From Cetorhinus maximus (lineage: Eukaryota): 64,000 nt of DNA. The notes under the pieces were generated by a model. It searched no databases, was not told the DNA's origin, and worked only from the letters and a program-made list of their open reading frames with translations. Of this stretch, positions 38,521 to 52,371 are shown piece after piece. The stretch is taken from positions 121,706,001 to 121,770,000 of the forward strand of contig NC_135887.1 of NCBI RefSeq assembly GCF_964194155.1. The letters are read 5' to 3'. Both the position numbers and the translations under genes were made by a program. The stretch's first letter is position 1; the number at the start of each line of letters is the position of its first letter.

Positions 38521-40541
38521 GTTTGAATAATGTCTGTGCAATACCATTAATATTGGACATGACGATCACCTGTCGTGGTGTCTCTTTAAATGGCTCAGTG
38601 TCAAAATTAGTCTGATTACACTCCTGTGAAGCACCTTTGGACATTTTACTAAATTAAAGTTGTTATATAAATGCAAGTTGTTGTTGTGAGTTGGCTGGGT
38701 ACCAGGAGCCAGTGATTGCAAATCCACTAGAATATTTGCACAATACTTGAGTCCACTAGATCCACTAGAATATTTGCACAAAACTGGGAGAACTCCCTTT
38801 GCTGTTTTTCAAGTAGTTCCGTGAGGTCATTTTCACTTATTCAGACAGGTTTCACATCTCATCTGAAATACAGCACCTCTGATGGTGCAGAACTCCGTTA
38901 GTCCTGCATCAGCCAGAGACTTTTTGCCACCTTGTCAGTGAAAATTTCCAGTAATCAGGCATCTGATCCAGTGTGGTATTCTTTACAGGGTGCCTGTGAG
39001 CAGGGCAAGCAGCAGGTATGCTCTTCAAGCATCAGATTGAAGAATCCTCATTGATTGAGGCATGGTTGCATAGTAGGAAGTTAAAAAAGGGAAGTAAAAA
39101 TTACATTTAACTCATTGCACAGTAAGCAAAATAAAGACTGGACATACATAGGGGATTAAGGGAGAGGCATAAAAGAGAAAAATAGAAAACTTAAAAAAAA
39201 TGTGCCTTTTTAAAAGATCTGCAATGTTAATTATCTTCTAAGGGAATGAGACTGCACACTTGTAAAAATTCATTTCAGGGTAGAGAGGCTGTTCAATATT
39301 AATTATCACCTATTACACAGTTAAAAATTCAGCCCAAACTTTCCCATCCCAAACTTGCTATGAGACAATTGGGTAATTACCCTAAATTCATGTGATTACA
39401 GTTACCTCTGTGCAAATTCTAGCGATGAAGTGTGAAACAATGCAGCTGATGGAGGAGCAGAGTAACACTGACAGCAACTTCCAGATTTCCATGTTTGACC
39501 GCACATGTTCAGATGTCGGTAGTTGCTGTCAGTTTTATCCCATTTTAATAATGGGGGATGCTGATAGCCTCATGATTGCTAGTACAGCAAATCCTAGACT
39601 AAAGTTCATAAAGTCTTCTGATTCAGAAGCAAGAGGGCTGCAACTGAGCCAAGCTGACTGACAATTGAATTAGTCGTAACATCCTTAATTTGCAACATCC
39701 AGTCTGTGAATAGGTAATTTGTAACTAGACTGTAAGTGATTAAATATAAATAAAAGAGTGATCCTTAGGGTGACTCAGTAATTGCTCTGCTGCTCTGCAT
39801 TTGCCACTACTTTTTGAAAATACTCCATTTAGAATGTCACTGTTAGGTCATAAGCAATGAATGGAACAAAATTTAAAAACACACATTTTTACAACAGCAG
39901 CATTCTAAGCACCACATCAGAGGCTGTAGGAAGAGATAGGCACAGAACCATCAGGTGTGAGTCAAATTAGAAGGATGCTTTACTTGATCAGCCCACATGC
40001 CACTGGACTCAGCATCTACCTTTCTACTCATGGGCATTGTGGCTGCAGGATGAACTCACCAAAGGCAATAACATCTCCCTCTGCTGTAACCTCTGCTGCC
40101 AGGAAGAACAGGAGTAACAATGTTTTGGGCCTCAAGTTCCAGCGCCAATCACATAACATCTTGACTTGGATGTAGATTTGTTGTCACTGGCTCACTATCC
40201 TAGGACTCTCTAGCTAACAAAAACATGAGAGTACATCAACACAAACACTGCAGTGATTCACCACCACTCAGGGCATCTGGCAATGGGCATCAAAAGTGTC
40301 CTTATCAGCAATGTCCACATCCAAAAAACAAGTTTATAAAATGTCTGTGAAATTCCATTAATATTGGACATGAGGACCACCTGTCGTGGTGTCTCTTTAT
40401 GTGGCTCAGAGTCAAAATTAGTCTGATTACACTCCTGTGAAGCACCTTTGGACATTTTACTAAATTAAAGTTGTGAAATAAATGTAAGTTGTTGTTGTGA
40501 GTTGGCTGGGTACCAGGAGCCAGTGATTGCAAATCCACTAG
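38521..40541. repeat. Dispersed direct duplication of about 210 bp (38521-38730 and 40332-40541)
   Basis: Near-identical at offset 1811, including non-repeat flank tgagttggctgggtaccaggagccagtgattgcaaatccactag. Confidence 0.92.
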
Positions 40542-42077
40542 CATGAAGAAGCTCTGCTTCACTCCAAGTGTGCACCTATGGCAGGAATGATACCTCAATG
40601 AAGTAAATGCGCTGTGGTCCAAGGAAGAGCATTGTTTCTCTATATTAAGAAAATATAGAAGGGCTGAATTGCTCCTATTTCCTACATAGCATCTGACTGG
40701 TTATTATGTCAATAAGTGGGATAAACAGTTCATGTGATAACTTTGCAAGGCCTTGCTGAACTCCATTGATTTAGATGTAAAAAGATACAGGTGTCATTAA
40801 TTGTTGGGGCTCATTTGTGAGCATTTAGAAAAATATGATCGGGTGAATTCATCCATCTCTCGTTCTAATGGTCAATAACACTGAATCTCCGTCTCATGCA
40901 CCCTTTGAGCTTGGCTCACCATTAAAAGTGTGCAATTGGTGAATTTATTCTTCTGTTGATCAATAATGTATCAATTAAACCAAATTGTACACTGGAAATG
41001 TACCATGCAAGTTTTCTTACAACATTTCTACGATAGATATAATTAATACACATCATATTCCCTCTTTCCTGTTTCCAGATTTTCAATAATTGTGTACGCT
41101 CTGTTACTGCTTGGTGCAGAAACATTGGTTATTAAAGGAGCAAGTGAAAGAACTTTAGACATTGATGCTGTTTATAAGGCATGAGACAGAGATTTCCAGA
41201 CAAAGTTGAGACTTACTAATGATCTGGTTCACTTCAGTGTTTTTTTTTTAGGATGTAAACAGCTTCTTCAGTCCCAACAAGCTTAAAAGGCATGTAGTTT
41301 TACTGGAAGAGACACCTAGAAGAAATTCCTTGATGCAGGGGTGTTTTAGAGTTGGAATGCCTTGCCACAGGGTTGCTGTACAGACTTTTACTTCCTTTAA
41401 GGCAAAAATTGACCAATGTTTAAAATAGAGAAAGGTGCAATGGTATGGGGAGAGAGTGAGGCAGTGAAATTAGTTTGGATTGCTGTAGCATGGAGCCAGC
41501 CACAGTGGGTCGAATTACCTCAGTCTGTGCCGTTAACCGCAGTGGTTCTAGGCAAAGTAGAACGATAACCGCTGTGACCTTTGTGAACACTTTTATAGCA
41601 CAGACTATATTGCTGGTTGGTGAGTTATATCAAGGGCAACATATTTACAGATGTTTTTAAACTGATTTTGGAGCAATGAAGTGGAAATGAAATGTTTAGC
41701 ACACTGGCATTGACCAGGTGAAGTTCCCAATGTGGCCTGGTTTTGCTGCAAATATATGTATCTATGGGAGATGGTCTGGCACCATTCTTGCTTTGCATCA
41801 GCAGTGGTATAACTCCTGCAAGTGTAAAACCAGCTTTCTACTATAGCAGGCCATCTTTAACTTGCAGCAAGCAACAAGAGTTGACTTACCAGTATTAGCT
41901 GAGTAAAGCAATTAATGGAGGTCAGAAACCAGTGACCATGGCTTCATGCAGCTGATTGTCTGCTGGCATCCTTTCCATCATCTCTGTGGCAGTAGTGTAG
42001 CATCAGCCTCCTGCTCACGCTCTTTTTCAATTGCTGTTTGTACTTCACCACACAGTGTAACAACAGCATTATTTAAT

Positions 42078-42605
42078 GAATAAAAGCAAAATACTGCGGA
42101 TGCTGGAAATCTGAAATAAAAGCAGAAAGTGCTGGAAAAACTCAGCAGACCTGGGAGCACCTGTGGAGAGGGAAACAGAGTTAACATTTCAAGTCCAGTA
42201 TGACTTCTTCAGAACTTGGAGGGGCAGAAATGTAATGGGTTTTATGCTGTTGAAGAAGGGGGGGCGGGGGGCAGGTGGTGCAAAATAGAAGGGCAACGAT
42301 AGGTTGGAGAGCAGGAGGGATTAAATGACAAAGGTGTCATGGAACATGAGGCAAAGGGAATGGTAATTAAAGATGCAAGCTTTGGTCCAGAGTAGGTATT
42401 AATAGCAGAATGTGTTAATAGCAGAAAAAGGGGTCAGTGCTGTCTGAAATCAAAAACATAAGAACAAGATACAGACTGGCATTTGGAGGGAGAACAATTC
42501 AAAATGGAGAACAGAGTTCATGGTCTAAATTTGTTGAACTCAATGTTCGAGTCCAGACGGCTGTAAAGTGCCTAATCGGAAGATGAGGTGCTGTCCCTCC
42601 AGCTT
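42078..42605 (-). mobile_element. Penelope-like element terminal fragment
   Basis: aaaatactgcggatgctggaaatctgaaataaaagcagaaagtgctggaaaaactcagcag recurs at about 2065, 2925-3030, 14430-14567, 22880-22960 and 34826-34965. It carries a CTGANGA...GAAA core. Family call is from recall. Confidence 0.65.
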
Positions 42606-42971
42606 CCTCCACTATTTATTTCACGCTACAACCATTATGCTTAATGAATCTGGCCTGCTCAAAAACAATCTTTACACTGTCGCCCGCCTTTGAACAGATT
42701 AATTCGCCTGCTTCCAGTTCAGTCATCAATGACCATTCCCTTGTCTTTGATAAAATCATCAAATATGAGTAAATTACTTTTAATTGGATGGCTCGTTAAT
42801 GACGGGCCCAAAGGAGTTGCTTAGGCTGCAGTTATGGTGTAACTATTGATCTTGGATTGATCACTACGGCATTTATTTCAAAACTGGCTACCAAAGCTTG
42901 TTTATGATACCAGCCTTGCTGAAAATCTGACTCTCCGGGTCAGGAGAGAACTCCTGACTGATTAATATAAA

Positions 42972-43415
42972 GAAATAACTTGCAATTATGTAGAGTCTTT
43001 CAGGACCTCAGAAATTGCAATGCACTCTGCAGCCAATTATGTACTTCTTGATAGGTAGTCACTGTTGTAATGTCGGAGTCGCAATAGACAATCTGTGCAC
43101 AGCAAGCTCCCACAAACAGAAATCTGATAATGTCCAGATTATCTCTTTTAGTGATGTTAGATGAGGGATAAATATTGCCTGGGCAAATTTTCTCAGCTCT
43201 TCCTCATACTGGTACTTAACTAAATTTTACATCCACCTAAGAGGCAGCCAGGGCCTTGGTTTAAAGTTTCATCTATACTTTTAACAGTGCAGCACACCTT
43301 CAGGATTGCACTGGAGTGTTAACCCAGATTTTGTACTCAAGTCTCTGGAGTGAGACTTGAACCCACCGCTATTTGACTGAGAAGTGAGACTGTTACCCAC
43401 TGAGCCATAGCTACC
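42972..43415 (-). mobile_element. Deu-SINE
   Basis: cagcaagctcccacaaacag...ctggagtgagacttgaaccc...ctgagccatagct. Confidence 0.8.
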
Positions 43416-44294
43416 ATTAACTTGGCAATGTGCTCATGAGGTCCTATAGACCCCTTGCGTAGTTCTTAAACTTGGCTTGACTATTCTTGTAAGCCATATG
43501 GGGGATAAAATTCAACTTTGTCACTGGAAAGATAAATTGGGACAGGAAGCATAAATGAGCAGAGCCCCTGCTGTCCACTTTACAGCATTGTTGAAGTTAA
43601 ATTCCCCCTTCCCTCCCGCACCATGATGTCTACGATGATGTAATGTGAGGTAATGTGCTTCCCACAGTTTCTAATGAGACTCCGATCTGGAAACTCGGTC
43701 AGGAGTTATACCATGACTTTAGCATCACTGTAGAGTGTAGAACACTTCACTGCAACAGAAGAGTAATAGTTTCACTGTTCTGCTAAAGAGTAACTTTAAA
43801 GCTGATACTAAATTAATCACTTATGATAGACCCCCAGTCCCCCACCCCCGACCGCCCTGATTTTCTTTCCATGGAAGTTCGTGAAAAGGACAGTCAGGCT
43901 GGGTGTATAATGAGGGGCCAATTCAATATCTCCAATTGTATACTATTGTCTAGAGCTAGAATGATTGCCTAAGTGTTGATAAATATTATAAAAACTGTTA
44001 GGAAAGTGGATTTGCATTTGTATAACAGCCAGTCAGCTTCCTTTAAAAAAAGCATTTCATTCAACAAATTTGTTTTTGTGCTGCAATGACTGGTTTGGAG
44101 GCAAAAACAATAGCCATTTAGGACACAGCAAGGTCCCATGAACAGCACTGAGAATTGACAAACTTGCCCGTTTTTATTGGTGTTGACTGAGGGAGGAATG
44201 TTGGTCAGGCCACTTGGAGAACTCGCTGCTCTTCTTTGTATAATATCATGGAATCTTTAATGTGCCCCTGATCCAGCTTGTAGGGTATGGTTAA

Positions 44295-46523
44295 AATACA
44301 AACATATGAATTAGGAGCAGCAGTAGGCCACTTGGCCCCTCGAGCCTGCCCCACCATTCAATAAAGTCAAGGCTGATCTGAATATAACCTCTATCCCACA
44401 CTCCTGCACACCTCCGATATCCTTTCACCCCCTTGTTTATCAAGAATCTATCCAGCTGTGCCTTAAAAATATTCAAAGACTCTGCTTCCACCACCTTTTG
44501 ACTCACAACGCTCTTAAGAGAAAAAAATTTCTTCTCAACCCTGTCTTAAATGAATGACCCCTTATTTTTAAACAGTGACCCTTAGTTCTAGATTCTCCTA
44601 CAAGAGGAAACATCCTCTCCACATCCACCTTGTCAAGACCCCTCAGGATCTTAAAGGTTTCAATTAAGTCACCTCTTACTGTTCTAAATTCCAGTGGATA
44701 TAAGCCTAACCTGTCCAGCCTTTCCTCATAGAACAACTCACCCATTCCTGGTATTAGACTAGTAAACCTTCTCTGAACTGCTTCTAATGCGTTTACATCT
44801 TCTTTTGAATAAGGAGAGCAGTATTGTACACAGCACTCCAGATGTGGTCTCACCAATGCCCTGCATAACTGAAGCATAATCTCCCTACTTTTATAATCAA
44901 TTCCCCTCACAATAAATGGTAACATTCTATTAGCTTTCCTAATTACCTGCTGTACCTGCATACTAACCTTCTGTGATTCATGCACGAGGACACCCAGATC
45001 CCTTTGAATCTCAGAGCTCTGCGATCTCTCACAATTTAGATAATAAGCTTTTTTATTCTTCCTGCCAAAATGAACTATTTCACATTTGCCCACATTATAC
45101 TCCATTTGCCAGATCTTTGCCCATTGCCTTAACCTATCTATGTCATTTTGTAGCCTCCTTTCATCGTCTTCACAATTTACTTTCCTATCTACCTTTGTAT
45201 CATCAGAAAATTTAGACACCACTCCTTCTCCCTTCGTCCAAGTCCTTTATATAAATTATAAAAAGTTGAGGCCCCAGCACTGACCCCTGTGGCATTCCAC
45301 TCATCACATCCTGCCAGCTAACTCTCTGCTTCCTATTAGCTAACCAATCTTCTATCCATGCCAATGTGTTATCCCCCTACATCATGAGCTTTTATTTTCT
45401 GTAATAACCTTTGATGTGGCGCTTTATCAAACGCTTTCTGGAAATCTAAGTACAGTACATCCACCGGTTCCCCTTTATCCACAGCACATGTGACTCCTTC
45501 AAAGAGCTCCAGTGAATTGGTTAAACATGACTTCCCTTTGACAAAACCATGTTGACTCTGCCTGATTGCCTTGAATTTTTCTAAATGCCCTGCTATAACA
45601 TCTTTAATAATAGCTTTTAACATTTTCCCTATGACAGATGTTAGGCTAACTGGCCTATAGTTTCCTGCTTTCTGTTTCCTTCCCTTTTTGAATAAAGGAA
45701 TTATATTTGCTATTTTCCAATCTAATGAAACCTTCCCTGAATCTAGGGAATCTTGGAAAATTAAAACCAATGCATCAACTATCTCACTAGCCATTTCTTT
45801 CAAGACCTTAGGGTGAAGTCCATCCAGACCTGGGGATTTGTCAGCCCACAGCCCTAACAATTTGCTCAATACCACTTCCCTGGTGATTGTAATTTTCTCA
45901 AGTCCCTCCCTCCCTTCCATTTCCTGATTTACAGCTATTTCCAGGATGTTATTTGTGTCCTCTGTAGTGAAGAACGAAGCAAAATACCTGTTTAAATCAT
46001 CCACCATCTCCCAACTTTCCAATATCAGTTCCCCAGATGGTCCCCAGAAGGACCAATGCTCACTTTGTTAACTCTTTTTTCACTTACATATCTATAGAAA
46101 CTCATACTATCCATCCTTATGTTACTAGCTAGCTTTCCCTCATACTTTTTATGATTTCCTCATTAATCTTTTTGTCATTCTTTGCTGTTTTTTACATTCT
46201 TTCCAATCTTCTGACCTGCCACTCATCTATGTATAATTCTATGCTTTTTCTTTAAATTTGATACTGTCTTTAACTTTTTTAGATAACCACAGATGGTGGA
46301 CCCTCCCCTTGGAATTTTTCTTCCTCATTGGAATGTATATATTCTGTGTATTCTGAAATATCCCTTTAAATATCTGCCACTGAACTTTTATTGACATATC
46401 CCTTAACCTCATTTTCCAGTTCTCTTTAGCTAGATCTGCTTTCATGCCCTCATTATTGCCCTTATTTAAGTTTAAAATACTAGTCTTGGACGCACTCATT
46501 TCTCCCTCAAAATGAATGTAAAA
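44295..46523 (-). mobile_element. Classical CR1 LINE, ORF2 RT and 3' UTR, 5'-truncated, inserted in a Deu-SINE
   Basis: ORFs 45369-46022 (KSPGLDGLHP, GNYRPVSLTS, SQHGF, YLDFQKAFDK) and 44503-45222 (KFSDDTK, RDLGVLV, LVRPHLE). TTAA flanks both ends (44291-44294 and 46524-46527). Confidence 0.93.
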
Positions 46524-47250
46524 TTAACGTCTCACCCAGACAGTATCACCAACAATGGAGCAAAATCTCTTGATATTTCATTGCAGCGGCAAGTTTTTAC
46601 AACTGCATTTAAGCTCACAGCCTGTTGGTGCAGAGAAAATAATTCAATCAACAGAGGCAGGTTGACACTTAGTGAAAACACATATTTCTCTGCAGCTAAG
46701 TAATTGTCCTGGAACCTGAACTTGCCCCAGTTCATTTGGATTTTTGAGAACAAGGAAACTGGCATGCTCCCTCCATGGTGATAGATGCATAGCCTAAACA
46801 GGTTAACAGCTGCACCAAAATAGCCCAGGCAGCAGTTTAACACACATTCATGAAGTAGGACACTAAAATTAGCACGCTGAGGATATAAAACCAGAAGGTG
46901 TTTGATGTGGAACTCCCTGTCCTCACGCACCTCATTGCCTCTCAAGGAGAAAGTACATTGATACTGGCCTAATTTTCAAATAAATGTAGGTTGGCTGCCC
47001 GCAGTTTTCAGCACCAGCTGCATTGCTGAGTCTTAAAATAGTGGCACTAGTTTTCAGCCCACTCACAGTTGCTATGTAGGTTCAGTTTCAACCTTCCTTT
47101 TCATGAAATAAATGAATTCCTTTGCAAGAGAAACCTAGAAATCTGAAGTTTCTTCACAATGCTTTTGACTGTGAGAATCCATTTAACTGCAATTACTTAT
47201 TGCCCTACAGAATTGCTTACGCTGTTGTTGTTATTTGTGTTTGTTTACAG

Positions 47251-47408
47251 TCCCGCTGTTATTAAAGAGACAGTCTTTGGACTGGAAAACCAGGGATCAA
47301 AGCGCAAGCTTTACAGTGCAGTTCCTGGAAGGCAGTTTATTGTGTTGAGGTCCTATCAGCCTCAAGGAGATGGGGAGATTCCTCTCAACAAAGGAGATCG
47401 GGTGAAAG
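47251..47408 (+). CDS. SHANK2: SHANK2 internal exon encoding the N-terminal half of the SH3 domain, 158 nt
   Basis: Acceptor ttgtgtttgtttacag| and donor AAG|gttagt. Translates (S)PAVIKETVFGLENQGSKRKLYSAVPGRQFIVLRSYQPQGDGEIPLNKGDRVK, the SHANK SH3 signature. AG+T=Ser joins in frame with the phase-2 end of the 23852 exon. Confidence 0.95.
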
Positions 47409-47789
47409 GTTAGTACTTGTTTCCTCCTGCAGAATGACCCCAAGATCTAGATTACAAACAGTACTTCACTTATGTATAAATCACTACCAATGTGCATTCT
47501 AGCTCTTTGACCAAGCTTTTGGCCATCTATCCTAATATCTCCTTATGTGGCTTGGTGTCAAATTTTGTTTGATAATGCCACTGTGAAGTGCCTTGGGTCA
47601 TTTTGTACATGAAAGGCACTTACATACGTTGTTGTTGTTGTTGTCACAATTTGTTTTCAGTTCAAAACCAATGCCTTAAATTGCACAAAAATATAAAATA
47701 TCTGCCTGTTGTTTAAGGGCATAAAAACACATGACAGCACCCCGCATTTTGGCAAAAGACTTGTTTATTTTTCTACTAATAATAATTTT

Positions 47790-48068
47790 AGACTCAATAT
47801 CGAGAGGACACGGTCTTCAGATTAGAGTTAGGCCATTTAGGAGGGAAATCAAGAAGCACTTTTTCACGCAAAGGGGAAAAGAAATCAGGAATTCTCTTCC
47901 CCAAAAGGTGAAGAATACTGTAGCTATCAAGACTGAGATCGATAGATTTTTGTTTGGAATGGTACCTGAGCTAAGGTTAGAAAATTAAGTTGGGATACAC
48001 ATCAACCATGATCTAATTGAACAGTGGAATAGGCTCAGAGGGCTGAATGTCCTGCTGCTGTTTCTATC
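47790..48068 (+). mobile_element. CR1 3' end fragment
   Basis: SRGHGLQIRVRPFRREIKKHFFTQR and aagactgagatcgatagatttttg. Confidence 0.75.
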
Positions 48069-50099
48069 AATCTAAAAATTAGAAAATTGTATTAAAAAAG
48101 CACTAAAAATGGCAAGAACACTGAGACCTTCTTTCCAGTTCTGCTAAACTGATATAAATAATCTATTCAGCACAAGATTATCAATGCACTTGGCCCCCTG
48201 AGTGGACTCCACGCTCAAAGGGAATGCAGGTTTGAGGTAGATCTGGACCATAGGGCAATTCACCGTCAAGCACTTTCTTTGAATGAGGATCACCAACGGC
48301 ACATTTGAATGCTTAGGTGACTCTTTAACACGTCCAAATACAAAAAGTGTACTCGTTTGCCGGAAATATTTACTGCATTTATTTCCTTTTTTTAAAAAAA
48401 AAAATTGCAAGTGAGCTACCCTTGAAGGTGTATTCTATTCAGCTAATGCTTTTCACAGTGAAGCTTGATCTATGGTTTGGCATATGTTTTTATCACCTCA
48501 GCCGTTAATGTAAGCAAAGAACAGAAGAATAATCCTCCATGGAGACTCCATAATGAATTGGTATAAAACCTGGGCAGCTTTTGCTGATAAATGTGGCGCT
48601 CTGGTATGTAAATAACCTTGAAAATTTCCTTGTTCAAATTGTTGTAGTTTATACTGTGGAATACTTCAGTATCCTGATATAAGATAAAAGGGACAAACAG
48701 TCCCTGTGTGAGTCACATGGCTTCCCAGCAGGAAATCACAGTACTGTGGTGCTTATCTGTTTCTGAGCTGCTACTCCCTGGCTACTACCTTAAAGAACAA
48801 AGGGATAAATCATCCCTCTAGCACAAAGACTCTCCCACTGGTTTTAATAGCCTCAATATTATTACCTTACTTCACAGATTATTCCAAATGTTTGTCATTC
48901 ATTGGGTTTCTTTTTTCCCTAATGGTTGTTCTAAATTTAATGCTTTGGAAAGTCAGGATTATTTCTGGTATACATTTGGCTGCATATGGTCCTGGTGTGG
49001 GGGTGGTGGGTGGTGTATTGGTAACAAAGTATGGAGGTCCTAAAATTCCTCAAAGCAGGATTCCAACTTAATGACCAGTGAAGATTCTACCAGAGTTTGG
49101 GAGGATCGGAAGGAGGGCACCCCACTTTGCATGGGGCGAGCAGTCAGGCACAAATCACAAATGCCACTGTGGGAACACCACATGCCCACTCCACAGTGGC
49201 CAGAACATCAGGCACCCATCTGATATTGGAAGTGGGGACTGCCCCAGGATGTCTCTGATTTGGGCCATATCCTGTTTACACAGGAGGCCACTCTAGCCAC
49301 CTTATAGCAAAAAAAAAAAAGCCCTCATTTTGCAACTCCACTGGTGCAAACCACCTTTGAGACCCATTGATGTGCATTTGCCAATAGATCCTGGTGTTCT
49401 GGGTAGGATGTATCTATCTGTCAAGCAACAACAGTAAGAGTAGCCTTTTCCAAATTTGCAGGCTCACCAAACTCAAAAAAGATAAACCAGCAAATGAGAA
49501 AATAAAATGAAAGAACTTGCATTCACCTAGTAAATTAGCACAACCTGATGAGGGTCCCAAAATGCCAAATCAGAACGAATTTCTTATGAAGTGTAGGCCC
49601 TGTTGTTATACCCACAAACGTAGCAGCCAATTCGCATACAGCAAGATCCCACCAACAGGAAATGAACAAATAGCCAGATCAATTGTTTTTAATGATGTTG
49701 GTTGATAGAGGGATGTTTGTCTAGACACCAAATTTATTGGGTAGGGGTACCTAGTGATGGGGAGCTAAGGCAGGTAAATGGAGTTGAGGTACATATTGGC
49801 CATGATCTAATTGAATGGTTGGGGTCCGATGATTGACTGCAGTGTACAAGCAGCAAGTACAGAACCTTACCCATGATATCTATCTTTTCAAACCCCATAA
49901 TGATATAAGAGCTATGGCCTCTTTCGTATCAATAAAATAGAGTCAACACTGAACCTGTCACACATTATTAATTAACCTTCTGTCTTATCCCCTCTTCTTT
50001 AACCACTCTTCTTATCCATTAAGGCCTCAATGATATTTACCAAGATGACTTTGTTAATCTCCTAAATATTTTCATCTGAGATAAACCTTAGATATCCTT

Positions 50100-50695
50100 C
50101 CTATAGCCATGCTAAACCATTTTAAAATACTGGTCAGGTCTCAGCTAGATCTTGCGTTCAATTCTGAGCACCACATTTTTAGAAAGGATGTCAAGGCCTT
50201 GGAAAGAGTGCAGAAGAGGTTTAGTGAAATAGTTTACCTGGATGAAGGGCTTCATTTATGTGGAGCAACTGGAAAGCTGGAGTTTTTCTCAGTGCTGAGA
50301 AAGTTAAGAGATTTGATAGAGGGCGTTCCATGATTTTGAAAGAGTAAATCAGGAGTAAGTGTTTTCAGTTGTGGAGGGGTCGATAACCAGGTTGCATGCA
50401 TTGAGGATAATTGACAAGAGAACTTGAGGTAATATGAGGAAAAATTTTGTTGCATATTGAGTTGTTTGACTTGGACTGCACTGCCCTAAGAGGGTGATGG
50501 AAGCAGATTCAGTGGCAATATTCAAGAGAGAATTGGATAAACACTTGAAGAGGAAAATAAATTACAGGGCCATGGGGAATGGAGCAGGCAAGTGAGACTA
50601 ATCGGATAGCTCAACCGAAGAACTGACAAAGGCATGATGGGCTGAATGGCCTCCTTCTCTGCCACATTATTCTCCAATGATTCTGTGATTCTATG
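50100..50695 (+). mobile_element. Old CR1 3' fragment
   Basis: LVRSQL...RKDVKALERVQKRF and tail gggctgaatggcctccttct...tgattctatga. Confidence 0.8.
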
Positions 50696-52371
50696 ATAAA
50701 GCAACTAGGAATGTGATTCTAAGATGCATTATATGCTGATCTTAGCGCTCGTTTGATATTCATAAACCACTTGGCCTTCATTTTTTACAGCTTTTTGATA
50801 TAATCGGAACTCCTCTGCCCTTGTAACACATTCCTAGATGTCATTCTATTGCTTAGAAATGACCTTTGCCAATATAAATGGCAAATACTAACAAGTTCCT
50901 CTCTGTTCTCTCTTACAATGTACTTTAATTTAAATAAGTTAATGGATCTGCTAAAATAGAGGTCAAAGGAATGTTATGCAAACATGTTCAGCATCTGTCC
51001 ATTTTAATATTGTCCTTTCAAGGCTTGTGTGTTAACCACTTCTTAAAATGTTAATACATGGCTGTCAAACGATCAGCTGTTGGGAATGAGATTGGGTCTA
51101 CTTTTCGGCTCCCTTTGTTCAACCCTGTGAAACCTTTTGTTAGATATTCAAAGTTGCATCTTAATTTTTTAATTGGCCAATACTTTAAGGTGAAACCTCA
51201 CTAATAAGTTGCTAGCTTTTACACTGCAGCTCAGGTAGGGTTCTTTGTGATTCATTCTTTGCCATCATTTGTGTGCCTACATTAAAGGCTTTTTGACTTG
51301 GAAGCATGTTTACTGAAAGATCACTGCTATTTGTGTCTGTAATGAGCATGCTGCTTCAGAGAGGTGTGTGCAGACCTGTAGCAGGTAGAAATCAAATGCT
51401 AAAATCTGCCATGTACCTTTTACTGATGTTCAATAGGATAGATACAACAAGAGGACTTTTACCAGATTATCACAGGAAATTAGAAATTAGGAATTAGAAA
51501 AAAGACACAGACCTATCCCCAATTCAAGTCCAGTTTTAGCTCTCCGATTTTTGAGACAAGCCTTTTTAGAGGCATCCAATTGTAAAACTACAGGTAAAAT
51601 ATGAAACTGGTTAAAAGTGTACAATTTAGTTTTGATTATCAAAGATTTAGCATTGAGTTTTTAAGTATGAAGAATTGTTAGGTATGAACATTGTACCATT
51701 GATTGTCTCCCCTTTGTGTTGCCATGTACCCACTGCTGGTGCCTACCCCCTATCAAACAAAACTTTTCTGGCCCCCTCAATGATTGGTGTGGTGCTGACT
51801 TTAAACTGAGCTGTAATTTTTCGTAAAATAATAGCACCATTGGTCTGCTCAACAGCAATAGGAAACCCACCGGGAGTGAGGCTTGACACCGAAAGTCAAA
51901 TTGTGTCTGCTCTGCCTGTTCTTGAAGACGTTGTTCAAATAGAAATTAGGATAATTGTAATTAAATGACAAAGATAAAGGAGTGAACACGTGCCACGTTA
52001 GCTGCAGGCACTGATTTAGTTGCAATGGCTGATTTGGCTTGATTAAGCTGATACAGATGGAAGACAAGCAACAGTAATTCCTACAAAGAGTAAGAGTCGC
52101 CGCTGTGGGCTGAGTTTGGCACAACTGAGAATGTTTCCGCAGATGGACTGTATTGACATAGTGAGTACCCTGCACAATAAGCAGCTGATCTACTTGACAT
52201 GAATTGGAACGATTAACAAGCCAACTTACAAACTTAAAAAAATCCAGCAGCATTGTAACATACCAATGTTTACACGAATTAACAAACAAAATATATATTT
52301 AGTTGACTTAAAATTACAAAATCAGATAATTGGCAGCATTCTGTTGGATGACACAAAGAAGTTTCATTTGG

